A stretch of DNA of 64,000 nucleotides from Octopus bimaculoides (Eukaryota): positions 29,511,236-29,575,235 of the forward strand of contig NC_069003.1 of assembly GCF_001194135.2 (NCBI RefSeq). Reading direction: 5' to 3'. The position numbers and the translations under genes are program-made. The notes under the pieces are model-generated. The model saw nothing but the letters and a program-made list of their open reading frames with translations. It did not search any database and had not been told where the DNA came from. Below, one piece after another: positions 1 through 11,470 of the stretch; the first letter of the stretch is position 1; the number at the start of each line of letters is the position of its first letter.

Positions 1-92
1 GCATTATATTTATATTCATTGCTAGATATGGATGTATTTCACTTACATGTAGTTTCGTCAACGAAAAATCATCTTGATATGTTAATTGTTTG

Positions 93-315
93 AAGATAGC
101 GACCCTGGCAGATTCGTTAATTGGGCAAATTGCTTAGCATCATTTCATCAGTCTTTACGTTCTGAGTTCAAATGCTACCGAGATCGACTTTACTTTTCAT
201 CCTCTCGGGATCATAAAAGAAGAAACAGTTACGCACTGGCATCGAAGTAATCGACTCAGCCCCCACCCATCCCCACGAACTTGCTGACCGCGTGCCAAAC
301 TTTGAAATCAATATT
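93..315 (+). mobile_element. SINE family B copy (diverged)
   Basis: Matches the in-window family B pattern (ggcagaatcgttag...ttctgagttcaaat...gtcgactttgcctttcatcctttcgggg...) seen at 19202, 29759, 55085 and 57775. Confidence 0.8.
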
Positions 316-325
316 CTAATTGTCT

Positions 326-547
326 GAAGGCGAAGACCTTGACAAATTTGTTAGCAAGTCGAGCAAAATTGCTTAGCGGCATTTTGTCCACCATTACGTT
401 CCGAGTTCAAATTCCGTCGAGGTTGACTTTGCTTTTCATCCTTTCGGGGTCGAGAAATTAAGTACCAGTTGCACACAGGGTTCGATGTGATTGACATAGC
501 CCCTACCCCAAAATTGCCAGCATTCTGCCAACATTTAAAACCAATGG
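326..547 (+). mobile_element. SINE family B copy with 11-bp target-site duplication
   Basis: Second copy directly after the first; flanked by TCTAATTGTCT at 315-325 and 548-558. Confidence 0.8.
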
Positions 548-1158
548 TCTAATTGTCTACTATTAGTTATAGTAATACTAATAATTTTTAAGAAAGCCAC
601 ACAACCACGACATATTTCGACTGGATTTGAACGCAGTTCACTCCACTTTTATTGTGCATGTTCCATTTTATCCTCCAAACCACCCATTAAACATGTAAGA
701 ACTATTTATTACTTAACCATACGACAAAAACAAGTTCATTGACACGGTTAATTCACTTATCACTAAAACAGATAATGTGAAATAATTATTGCACCTAGCA
801 TATCTTTTTGAGTTTCGAGAGAGTACTTTCACATATATATATATATGCAGCTATCGCAAATAACTGCCCGGACCCAACGCAAAATAAACTAAATTATATA
901 TGAACAGTGAATTCTCTTTTCCTTATTAGCAGTTTTCAAACTTGAAGTCTTTAAAAATCATGACAGCTGATACAAAATGTTATTGCCTTGTTTATTTGCG
1001 TATTTTAACTGCGTATTTGGAAAATATTAAAATCCCGACGAATATTTCGGTCTCTCCTTCCCCTGATAAATTTTTAATTGATCGGGCTTTCGAGAAATCT
1101 GACTTATGACAAATATGCGTTTCATCAAATAATTCGAAGCCCATGCAAACGGATATAA

Positions 1159-1162
1159 ATGC

Positions 1163-1201
<39 letters not shown>

Positions 1202-1575
1202 NNNNNNNNNNNNNNNNNNNNNNNNNNNNNNNNNNNNNNNNNNNNNNNNNNNNNNNNNNNNNNNNNNNNNNNNNNNNNNNNNNNNNNNNNNNNNNNNNNN
1301 NNNNNNNNNNNNNNNNNNNNNNNNNNNNNNNNNNNNNNNNNNNNNNNNNNNNNNNNNNNNNNNNNNNNNNNNNNNNNNNNNNNNNNNNNNNNNNNNNNNN
1401 NNNNNNNNNNNNNNNNNNNNNNNNNNNNNNNNNNNNNNNNNNNNNNNNNNNNNNNNNNNNNNNNNNNNNNNNNNNNNNNNNNNNNNNNNNNNNNNNNNNN
1501 NNNNNNNNNNNNNNNNNNNNNNNNNNNNNNNNNNNNNATATATATGATATATATAATATAATATATATACATATA

Positions 1576-1610
<35 letters not shown>

Positions 1611-1665
1611 TGTATGTATGTATGTATGTATATATGTATGTATGTATGTATGTATGCATGCATGT
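1159..1665. repeat. (TA)n/(TATG)n microsatellite spanning an assembly gap
   Basis: Direct reading; N run at about 1202-1537. Confidence 0.95.
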
Positions 1666-1676
1666 ATTTATATATG

Positions 1677-1800
1677 TATCCGGCGGGTTTCCATCAGTTT
1701 ACGTTTACTAAATCAACTCACAAGGCTTAGATCCGCCCGAGGCTATAGCAGAAGACACTTGCCCGAAGTACCATGCAGTAGAACTGAACCTGAAACGCGA
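1677..1800 (-). mobile_element. SINE family A, 5' half fragment
   Basis: cagtttacgt...actcacaaggct...gaggctatagcagaagacacttgccc matches family A copies at 42219 and 47758. Confidence 0.8.
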
Positions 1801-2388
1801 ATATCCTAGTGGGAATTATTGCTCTTTCAAGATAAAGCTCAAATTATGGCAGTGGCAAAAAACGACCGAGATTAAGACCTAAGTCAATCATTTGATTCTG
1901 AGTCAAATTTCATAACCATAGAATCAGAAATATATCATATATCCTCTTTTATGGTTAATCAATTTCGAATCCTTCAGTCTATGAGTAAAAATAATGAAAG
2001 CAATATTACCACCGAATATTTTGTTACGACATTTTTTTATTTCTATATTTTAAATAAAGAGTACGAGGCGTAATAGTCTCCCATAAAAATAACTCATTTC
2101 TTTGCAGCAATATAGGAAAATATAAATCCAGAAAATATATATCTGAAATCACATTGAGGTGTTAACCTGGAAAGGAAATGAAATAATTCATACAATCCTT
2201 TAAATTAACATTGGTTGCAGGTATGGGATCACCATTTTAATATTTCATGTTTATAATATGCAAGAGAAAATACCTGCCATGAGGAGAACGTTACGAAAAC
2301 GAATTATTTAGATTTCTCTAACTCATGTAAAATATCAAATATTGGAAAAACAGTTTGCCCTCGTATCAATGCGAAATATCAATAATAC

Positions 2389-2424
<36 letters not shown>

Positions 2425-2874
2425 TATATATAGATATATATATATATATATAGATATATATGGATAAGGGAAATTATAGAAGGAACGCATCTAAGCAAAC
2501 AATACCAATTCCAAAGCATAATTTAAAACACACAACGAAATAAATAAACATATAAATTTATAAATAAGTGCCTAGATGTGTTCCATCTATAATTTCCCTT
2601 TACTTTCTGCGGAATGAAACGGACTCTTGATTGTTTCCCTCAAATAAATTTTTTACTGTTTCTAAATATGGTCGCAATGCCGGCTCGTTCACTTTTCTAT
2701 TGAGGCGACAACTGTTATTTTCATTTCTAAACCTAAGCGCACCACATTATTCATATATATTGTTCATTTCTCCTATGTTAAACTGTTCACATTCATTAAC
2801 AATATCTTTGTTCAGCACTGGCCTATGTCTTCTCACACGCTTTCGGTGTATCTGATTCCTCCTTAAATTGTCAA

Positions 2875-3065
2875 TTGGTGGTGGTGGTGGTGGTCGTCGT
2901 CGTCGTAGTGGTGGTGGTGGTGGTGGTATTTTCCTTGCACAGTTGGCTGCTGCTAGTTTTATTTCGTGCTTCCTTGATCGAATTCTCATTACTCCTGACA
3001 TTTCCACTGTGGTCGTTGTTGTTGCTGATGTCATTGCTGTTACTACTCCTCCTCCTGCTCCCACT
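2875..3065. repeat. Compound trinucleotide low-complexity tract (GGT/GTC/GTT/CCT)
   Basis: Direct reading; source of poly-V, poly-T and poly-G pseudo-ORFs. Confidence 0.85.
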
Positions 3066-3353
3066 ATCTTTTATAACTAAAGTAGGTGGGGGCGAGTGAC
3101 GGTGAAAGACAATTTCGCGTTCTACATCTCCCACTTCCTTCTCTTGTTGACTTGCCGAGAAAGACGACGACGCCATATTAAATTTTGCAAATTCTGATAA
3201 TTAATTTAATTTACGAGATTTTTGACCCGCGGGGCAAAACAAGAAGTACACTATTAATCAGATCAATATGGTCTAGATTAACTTAGTCACAAGTTATAGC
3301 AATAAAATGTAACAATAACAATCTTTTTAAAGGTAAACAAGGAACACACTTAC

Positions 3354-3378
3354 GAAGCTCCGAAATACACGTCCAGCT
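3354..3378 (-). CDS. Candidate 25-nt micro-exon
   Basis: Minus strand tatcgccAG|AGCTGGACGTGTATTTCGGAGCTTC|GTAAGT; GC-richer than its flanks; all three frames open. No homology evidence. Confidence 0.2.
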
Positions 3379-4032
3379 CTGGCGATAATAATAATAAAAT
3401 TCTTATATTAATCATTCTTTTATTAATCACAAGTGTTCTTATTTATTTATGTGTTTCAGCCAAGTGGCTGCGGTCATGCTTTTAATGATTAATATATACA
3501 AATTAATCATTAAAAGCTCGTTGCTGGAATAGGCAAAACTAAATAAACGAGGAGATGCGTAAAGTTGTTATATAACGAACATATAGTAACACTTCGTGTT
3601 TATTCAGAGATCTGCAGTAAACAATATTCATAGAAATATATTCATAGTTGCTTGTCTTTCTATTTTTCTACCATTTACATCAAGTGAAATTCCATCATAA
3701 TCATCATCATCATCTGCTGTGACCGCGCAGCCATTAGCAGCACCAACACAACTACCACGACCACCACCGCTACCATCAGAATTAATAGTTATAGTTACTT
3801 CAAAACCACCCACTACTATAACAATAAATGACAAGATACATTAAAGAGAACACACACTACAGAGCAATACGTGCTATCTTCGGTAGCACTGCTACATATC
3901 AAAGTGGCGTCAACCGATACTTTAGACATACTTTGTCACGTTCATTATAATTTACAGAAGACAGATTTTATATAATGCAATGCTATAAGTATATTTTGAT
4001 AAAATCAACAGTAGCAGTAACAACGAAAACAA

Positions 4033-4068
<36 letters not shown>

Positions 4069-4077
4069 AGAAAACAA

Positions 4078-4121
4078 TGTTGGCACTCCGTCGCTTACGA
4101 CGTCGAGGGTTCCAGTTGATC
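4078..4121 (-). mobile_element. SINE family C end fragment running into a gap
   Basis: tggcactccgtcgcttacgacgtcgagggttccagttgatc resembles 47360-47410. Confidence 0.55.
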
Positions 4122-5689
4122 NNNNNNNNNNNNNNNNNNNNNNNNNNNNNNNNNNNNNNNNNNNNNNNNNNNNNNNNNNNNNNNNNNNNNNNNNNNNNNN
4201 NNNNNNNNNNNNNNNNNNNNNNNNNNNNNNNNNNNNNNNNNNNNNNNNNNNNNNNNNNNNNNNNNNNNNNNNNNNNNNNNNNNNNNNNNNNNNNNNNNNN
4301 NNNNNNNNNNNNNNNNNNNNNNNNNNNNNNNNNNNNNNNNNNNNNNNNNNNNNNNNNNNNNNNNNNNNNNNNNNNNNNNNNNNNNNNNNNNNNNNNNNNN
4401 NNNNNNNNNNNNNNNNNNNNNNNNNNNNNNNNNNNNNNNNNNNNNNNNNNNNNNNNNNNNNNNNNNNNNNNNNNNNNNNNNNNNNNNNNNNNNNNNNNNN
4501 NNNNNNNNNNNNNNNNNNNNNNNNNNNNNNNNNNNNNNNNNNNNNNNNNNNNNNNNNNNNNNNNNNNNNNNNNNNNNNNNNNNNNNNNNNNNNNNNNNNN
4601 NNNNNNNNNNNNNNNNNNNNNNNNNNNNNNNNNNNNNNNNNNNNNNNNNNNNNNNNNNNNNNNNNNNNNNNNNNNNNNNNNNNNNNNNNNNNNNNNNNNN
4701 NNNNNNNNNNNNNNNNNNNNNNNNNNNNNNNNNNNNNNNNNNNNNNNNNNNNNNNNNNNNNNNNNNNNNNNNNNNNNNNNNNNNNNNNNNNNNNNNNNNN
4801 NNNNNNNNNNNNNNNNNNNNNNNNNNNNNNNNNNNNNNNNNNNNNNNNNNNNNNNNNNNNNNNNNNNNNNNNNNNNNNNNNNNNNNNNNNNNNNNNNNNN
4901 NNNNNNNNNNNNNNNNNNNNNNNNNNNNNNNNNNNNNNNNNNNNNNNNNNNNNNNNNNNNNNNNNNNNNNNNNNNNNNNNNNNNNNNNNNNNNNNNNNNN
5001 NNNNNNNNNNNNNNNNNNNNNNNNNNNNNNNNNNNNNNNNNNNNNNNNNNNNNNNNNNNNNNNNNNNNNNNNNNNNNNNNNNNNNNNNNNNNNNNNNNNN
5101 NNNNNNNNNNNNNNNNNNNNNATATATACGTCTTTCCACACAGTTTCCGTCTAGTTCTCTCACTGGAAATGTTCTCACTAGCTCTCGCTTCCGTCCAGTT
5201 CTCTCACTGGAAATGAAGCAGAAACCTCGTGACCGCAAAGCGAACTTATTAATCACATAACCATTCCTGCACCTATTAGATATTTCGGTCGTCCTATAGT
5301 AGTTACTTCATAATAGGTTTATAAAAAGTTTCAGTTTACCAAAAGCCCCTAACACATTAGAATCATCGCATCATGGCAAATAAACTATTTCTGTATATGA
5401 TTGCTAACTGAAGCAATATTATTTTTTACGCTTTGTCTAGACTTACAAATTCGTTTACTGTCCTATTGAAAACTTATAATTACAGTTTATAACTCTTTAG
5501 CTAGAATATTCATACTTATTGCCTTATTATTATTCTAGTTTTTGCGTTTCGCTCCGTTTTGAGTATTAATTTGACGCGTCTATAATATAAGTTTCCTTTC
5601 CTTTTTTTTCTATTGTACCTTGTCTAAGTCGTACATTCTTCAGTATTTGCATGTCTGTGTTTGGTAAAATTTTCTTGCCTCGGTTTCTA

Positions 5690-5716
5690 CTTCTTCTTCC
5701 TTTTCTTCTTCTTCTT

Positions 5717-5806
<90 letters not shown>

Positions 5807-5808
5807 TG

Positions 5809-5846
<38 letters not shown>

Positions 5847-6326
5847 CTCTTCTTCTTCTTCTTTGTTTTCTTCTTGTCTTCTTTCATCATCATTATTATT
5901 ATCATTATTATTATCACCATTATTATTATTATTATTATTATGATTATTATTATCTCTTCTTCTTCTTCTTCATTGTTTTCTTCTTGTCTTCTTTCATCAT
6001 CATTATTATTATCATNNNNNNNNNNNNNNNNNNNNNNNNNNNNNNNNNNNNNNNNNNNNNNNNNNNNNNNNNNNNNNNNNNNNNNNNNNNNNNNNNNNNN
6101 NNNNNNNNNNNNNNNNNNNNNNNNNNNNNNNNNNNNNNNNNNNNNNNNNNNNNNNNNNNNNNNNNNNNNNNNNNNNNNNNNNNNNNNNNNNNNNNNNNNN
6201 NNNNNNNNNNNNNNNNNNNNNNNNNNNNNNNNNNNNNNNNNNNNNNNNNNNNNNNNNNNNNNNNNNNNNNNNNNNNNNNNNNNNNNNNNNNNNNNNNNNN
6301 NNNNNNNNNCATCATTATTATTATTA

Positions 6327-6371
<45 letters not shown>

Positions 6372-6561
6372 CATTAGCGCCATCATGTTCATTACCATCA
6401 CCACTAGCACCAATATCCTCATCATCCTCAATTTCATCATCATCATCATTAACATTATCATTACAGTTGTTTTTACTTTTATTATTATCATTATCCATAT
6501 TTTACATTTGTCGGTACTGTTATTATTATTGTTGCCTTTATCATCATCATAATCATTATTA

Positions 6562-6617
<56 letters not shown>

Positions 6618-6618
6618 T
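5690..6618. repeat. Compound (TTC)n/(TTA)n/(TCA)n tract with an internal ~50-bp duplication and a gap
   Basis: Direct reading; ttgttttcttcttgtcttctttcatcatcattattattatcat occurs at about 5860-5905 and 5972-6015. Confidence 0.9.
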
Positions 6619-6671
6619 GCTGATAAAAAAAGCAATTCAACGCATCATACAGCTCTTATCGTGTTCCGTAG

Positions 6672-6796
6672 ATTATAATGAACGTGGTGCAGTATGTCTC
6701 AAGTATCCGTCAACGGTTACTTTGATGGTGACAATGCTGTCCATGTTAGCATCTATTATTGCGGTGTCTTTCGTATTTCTTTCATATATCTTTTAA
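6672..6796 (+). CDS. Candidate terminal exon encoding a hydrophobic C-terminal tail (TM or GPI-signal-like)
   Basis: cttatcgtgttccgtAG| then (D)YNERGAVCLKYPSTVTLMVTMLSMLASIIAVSFVFLSYIF*; non-repetitive sequence with a hydrophobic run ending at the stop. Confidence 0.3.
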
Positions 6797-7267
6797 TTTA
6801 TGGCTATAACAGAACTTGATATTAAGACTACTACCACTGTTGTTTACAGCTACTGAATGGGAGGAGCAGGAGAAGAGAGAGAGAAAGAAGAAAGGGAGGA
6901 TGATGACGATGATGGCAAGTTGAATCCTCTTCATGTGAAATATTGAAAGATAGATAGACGAACAAGAATGAAAATATTTCAGTGGTTTTTGTTTTTTTAA
7001 TGTATGTCTCAAGTACGCAGTAAAATTGGTTTGGACAGACTGTAAATAGAAGAGAAAAATGTATGTTTAATGGAAGAGTGAAGCAGAAGAATATCAAGAA
7101 TTACATTGCATGGCTTGTATCAAGAATTTTGAAATACTTAAGAACCCAGCGAGAGAATGAAGACAACACATGTGAGATCGATATCATGTTATATGAGATC
7201 GATATCATGTTATATGGCATTGAAACTATCGAATGTAGAGAATAAATTATGATGATTGTCGTAGCGA

Positions 7268-7293
7268 AATGATGATGATGTAGATGATGATGT

Positions 7294-7340
<47 letters not shown>
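7268..7340. repeat. (GAT)n microsatellite
   Basis: Direct reading. Confidence 0.95.
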
Positions 7341-7361
<21 letters not shown>

Positions 7362-7519
7362 GTTCGTGGTATGTTCATTGTATGCTGGGAAGCGTTAATG
7401 CAAATTTGCAGTGTGACTTAGTATATCGTACATTACTGATGAGTTGAAATATCTTGCAGGATGGCGTAGAAATGTACAAGTATTGCGTGTTGCAAGGAAT
7501 TACTATGTTGTGTACTGCG

Positions 7520-7645
7520 TGGACTGGAGGGGCAATGTGAAATTAAGAGTCTTGGTCAAGAACACAACGCACTGCTGAGAATGGAATTGAACTCACGAAC
7601 TTACGATCGTGAGCCTGATACACTTAGTTGTAAGCCTCGCACCTC
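7520..7645 (-). mobile_element. SINE family C 5' part
   Basis: gactggag...gtgaaat...gtctt..caagaacacaa...gaattgaactcacga..ttacgatcgtgagcc matches 47555-47670. Confidence 0.7.
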
Positions 7646-7983
7646 CAATAAAAGAACTAAAGATCCGAAACATAGGTTAAACCCAATAGTGTTATACAGA
7701 ATGATCACAAAGGAAACATCACTATGTGGAGGAAGTAATGAAGGCAGTTATTTCCGGTTTCGTTTACTGAAGTCAGAATGACTTTCAAGTTGCGCGACCT
7801 ATACTTGGGGCTCAGAGAAGATAGCCATCTATTTGTAATGTTTCTTATTATACACTCTCTCCGCCAAGAGTACTATCCATGGTTGCTCATATTTGTCTTG
7901 AGTCATGGTCTGTTAAGGAAACTCCCTCACGATGTTGGTTATAGTCGAAGAGCATCAGCAGGTATGGATGATGTCATTGATAT

Positions 7984-8148
7984 TGTTGTGTCGACGCCCC
8001 CAGGCGAAGAAGTAGGATCTCCCAAGACATATAAATAGATGTAGTCTGGTCATGGTAGGTGTGTTGAGTAACAGTCGAGTAGCAGTTGTGTAGCGGTTGA
8101 GTAGAGATCATCCGAAGGTGCTAGATAGCAGTAGCTTGAGACATAACA
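7984..8148 (+). mobile_element. 165-bp solo-LTR-like element (TGTT...AACA) with perfect 5-bp TSD GATAT
   Basis: Starts TGTTGTGTC, ends GACATAACA (8/9 inverted match); GATAT at 7979-7983 and 8149-8153; internal TATAAATA; second copy at 35728-36008. Confidence 0.8.
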
Positions 8149-8264
8149 GATATACTGTGAGAGATCTCGGTAATCGAGTCAGTTGGCACCAAACTGAAGG
8201 AATATGTAGAGGTAACTGAAACAGTCATTAAATTAAAATTAGCTGATGACAACTCAACTATTAC

Positions 8265-9321
8265 AAAATATTACAAAATAAAAGTTTGCGTCAACTGCAT
8301 TAATGTTATGTTATTTTTTGGCATTTTTAAATGAAACGTGTCACAGATACGAGGACTAGCAGCAGTTGCACACTGATCTAGATGCTAGATACGATAGGAA
8401 AATCCTGTACACGTGAATTAAGTACTAATGTACCTGATGCAAAATACAGTAAATGAACCGAAGCATGTGGAATACGGCAATAAATACGACCTCTATATGC
8501 CATTACAGTTATTTAACACATTTCATTACTCTTACTCTTTTACTCTTTTACTTGTTTCAGTCAATTGGTTCAATGCAAAGGTGTAAAAGTATTTACGATG
8601 TACTGTAATTTTCTGCAATGGCGTAGGAGTAATTTTCTGCAATGGAATAAGAGTGGCTGTATGGTAAGTAGCTTGCTTACGAACCACATGGTTCTGGGTT
8701 CAGTCCCACTGCGTTGCACCTTGGGCAAGTGTCTTCTACTATAGCCTCGGGTCGACCAAAGCCTTGTAAGTGGATTTGGTAGACGGAAACTGAAAGAAGC
8801 CCGTCGTATATATGTGTATGTATATATATAAATGTGTGTGTTTGTGTGTCTGTGTTTGTCTCCCACCCACCCTAACATCGCTTAACAATCGATGCTGGAG
8901 TGTTTACGTCCCCGTAACTTAACAGTTCGGCAAAATAGACCGATAGAATAAGTACTAGGCTTACAAAGAATAAGTCCTGGGGTCGATTTGCTCGACTAAA
9001 GGTGGTGCTCCAGCATGACCACAGTCAAATGACTGAAACAAGTAAAAGAGTAAAAGAGTAAGAGTAATTAAATGTGTTAAATAACTGTAATGGCATATAG
9101 AGGTCGTATTTAGTGCCGTATTCCACATGCTTCTGTTCATTTACTGTATTTTGCATCAGGTACATTAGTACTTAATTCACGTGTGCGGGATTTTCCTATC
9201 GTATCTAACATCTAGATCAGTGTGAAACTGCTGCTAGTCCTCGTATCTGTGACACGTTTCATTTAAAAATGCCAAAATAACATTAATGCAGTTGAGGCAA
9301 ACTTTCATTTTGTAATATTTT
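8265..9321. repeat. ~300-bp inverted duplication enclosing a SINE A
   Basis: Arms about 8265-8567 and 9026-9321 are reverse complements with about ten substitutions and one 7-nt indel by eye; both arms include the SINE tail. Confidence 0.92.
8620..9066 (+). mobile_element. SINE family A, near full length (tRNA-like head, CORE-like segment, internal TA/TG microsatellite, (AAAGAGT)n tail)
   Basis: A-box-like tggctgtatgg, B-box-like gggttcagtccc, CORE-like accttgggcaagt; near identical to 47758-48214. Confidence 0.92.
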
Positions 9322-9749
9322 AGGAACAATTAGTTTTGGAAAATTTCACTACAAAATTGATAAATTCCAATGTTCCAATATTCTCTTTGCTGTTCGCGTT
9401 CAATATCTCGTATTTTTCGGCTAGATTTTATTGGTGAATAGTTTAGTTTGAGCAATATCGATATTTTCTTTATATTTGATCGAATGTTTTAACAGTAACC
9501 AGCATTCCATCAAAACATTCATCAATGATTCGATTTATTTCAAAGTCAGATAATATATGCTTGTAATGGCAATTATGAAAATCGTAAGCATAAAGGTTTG
9601 TAGGGTTGATAAAGTATTATGATGTTGGTTTTGCTCCTAAGAGTTATTTTATTCAGTATATTTTTTTATGATACCAATAACACCTACTAAAGTCTCAGCC
9701 TCTGAGACGTATTTACTGGTCTCTTTATATCCAGCGGTCAGATACTTAC

Positions 9750-9825
9750 TAGAGGAGTGTGGTCCTTTGACTCTAAATGGTGTTTATATAGAAAGTGATC
9801 GAACATCGAATAAACAAGTTGATCT
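9750..9825 (-). CDS. Candidate 76-nt exon
   Basis: Minus strand tttttgcaaatatAG|...CTCTA|GTAAGT; one open frame, DQLVYSMFDHFLYKHHLESKDHTPL. Family not recognised. Confidence 0.3.
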
Positions 9826-11099
9826 CTATATTTGCAAAAATCAGTTACTGTACATTCAATCATTTATGGGTTTTAGCTCATAAACGTTGAACACCATTTT
9901 TACGTTGGAACAGAACCAATCCAACATTTACAAAACCAATCCAGGATTAGTGACGTGTTTTCATTGTAATCCCTCTGGCCCTAATTTTCAACTCATTAAA
10001 ACTTCGTTAATAGTCAGTCAACTGACCATTTGAATAGCACGCTCTCTCGTTTTTGTGAAATTAAGATTCACTAAAACTTGTGATGTTCTTAATGAATGTG
10101 CAATACTACCTGCCTTTTGTGACAAATACTAACACATCATTTGCATTGTTTTCTGTACTTCGTAATTTAATTATAGTATCGTTACATTTCACGGATAATA
10201 TTTTTTGATTTCCAATGCACTAACATTGTAGCTCAAATATTTGACTTCTTTGCGTGAAAAAACCTCATTCTTCCGTATGTCATTTGAAGCCATAATTTTG
10301 TAATTTTAACTATTTAATTCGACATTATTCAAATATTTTCCATCAGTAATCTCGGTGAGGATGCACGTTGCTTTATTCCAGGTAAAATTTGACTAAAACA
10401 AAAAACAAAAAACGTTAGCATATAGCAGTCTCACTAAAAATTACGAATGGTATTCATTTGTATTTATAAAGCATAAAAGACGAGTAATTTTGTGGTTCTT
10501 CTATTAATTCAATCTGTTGAAATGTGTCTTTTAAAACAATTACGCCGAAATTTTTTCTCACCTTTAAATTATGATAACCCATAATACTGGGGTATAAAGT
10601 GGTGATCTTTTTCAGTCTGTTTCTTTACGCATTCAAATTGAAATTTGAATACTTCTGCAATAACCTAATCCAGCTGTAAATATTTAGAATTCTTAGCACA
10701 TAAATTATCGATTTAGTTTTAGTTTTAAAAATTATTTCCTTTATCAACATTATTAACCCTTTGAACATGGAAAGCGATATATTCTATCAAAATAATTTTA
10801 TTACCGTTAACTGCGGAAAGCTGTTTTCTGCGAATGCTTTGGAAAACAACTCTCCATTGAGCTGCGAGATGCGATAACAATCCCTGTGAAACATTTTGCA
10901 AAAGACAATTTCTTAATTATTTCATATTTTTCGTCAAATATCATTTTACAGATTAAGTAGATATAAAACTTTACCTACAAGGGATAATAAAATGTATTGC
11001 ACAAGCAGAAAATATCAATTTTAATTTTTGATGGATAATCAACATCATTATGGGAATTACAATGAGATTTAATTTCATAGTAAAGTATATCAAATGTTT

Positions 11100-11252
11100 T
11101 GCAGAATATCCTCCGTCTTTATGTTCTGAGCTCATATCCCAGTGAGATAGGCTTTCAGTTTCATCCTTTCCGGTCAGAATCAATGAAATAAATACCAGTT
11201 ATACACTGGGATCGATGCCAGAAATTTCAGGTGTTGTGCCAATAGCAAAAAA
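11100..11252 (+). mobile_element. SINE family B (diverged)
   Basis: gtctttatgttctgagctc...tttcatcctttccggtc...taccagttatacactgggatcgat...tttcaggtgttgtgcc. Confidence 0.65.
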
Positions 11253-11295
11253 CTTTGTTGAAAAGGCATTTACTTGCATTACCACACTTATGTAA

Positions 11296-11470
11296 CCCTT
11301 TCTACTATAGGCACAAGTCTGGAACTTGGGGGGAAGTGGGTGAGTCAGTAATATCGATCTCAGTTTTGAACCGGTACTCGTTTTATTGGCCCCGAAAGAA
11401 TGAAAGGTAAACTCAAACTTGAAGGCATTTGAACACATAACGCAAAACCGGAAGAAAATACGCTTGACAT
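11296..11470 (-). mobile_element. SINE family B (diverged), tail-to-tail with the previous copy
   Basis: ccctttctactataggcacaag...ccccgaaagaatgaaagg...atttgaac is the reverse complement of family B. Confidence 0.7.

Noticed and set aside
1030-1075. Hammerhead-like GACCGAAATATTCGTC on the minus strand
   Set aside because: No CUGANGA at the right spacing and only a 2-bp stem II.
2747-3176. Gly/Pro/Thr/Val-rich ORFs (also 27821-28342) as repetitive structural proteins
   Set aside because: Homopolymer runs appear in several frames and on both strands; typical compound microsatellites with no splice or start context.
3481-3514. 13-bp perfect inverted repeat TTTAATGATTAAT / ATTAATCATTAAA as a terminator
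   Set aside because: Nearly all A/T and in eukaryotic context; no evidence of function.
7181-7222. 21-bp tandem duplication GAGATCGATATCATGTTATAT x2
   Set aside because: Real but an ordinary slippage duplication with no further structure.
8184-8200. TGGCACC as a primer-binding site after the mini-LTR
   Set aside because: It lies about 35 bp beyond the LTR end and outside the TSD, so it belongs to the target sequence.
8620-8720. tRNA genes at the SINE heads (also 47758, 42709, 47670)
   Set aside because: A/B-box-like motifs are present but they continue into SINE bodies and I could not fold a full cloverleaf.
10753-10762. piggyBac-like end TTAACCCTTT
   Set aside because: No matching inverted end nearby.
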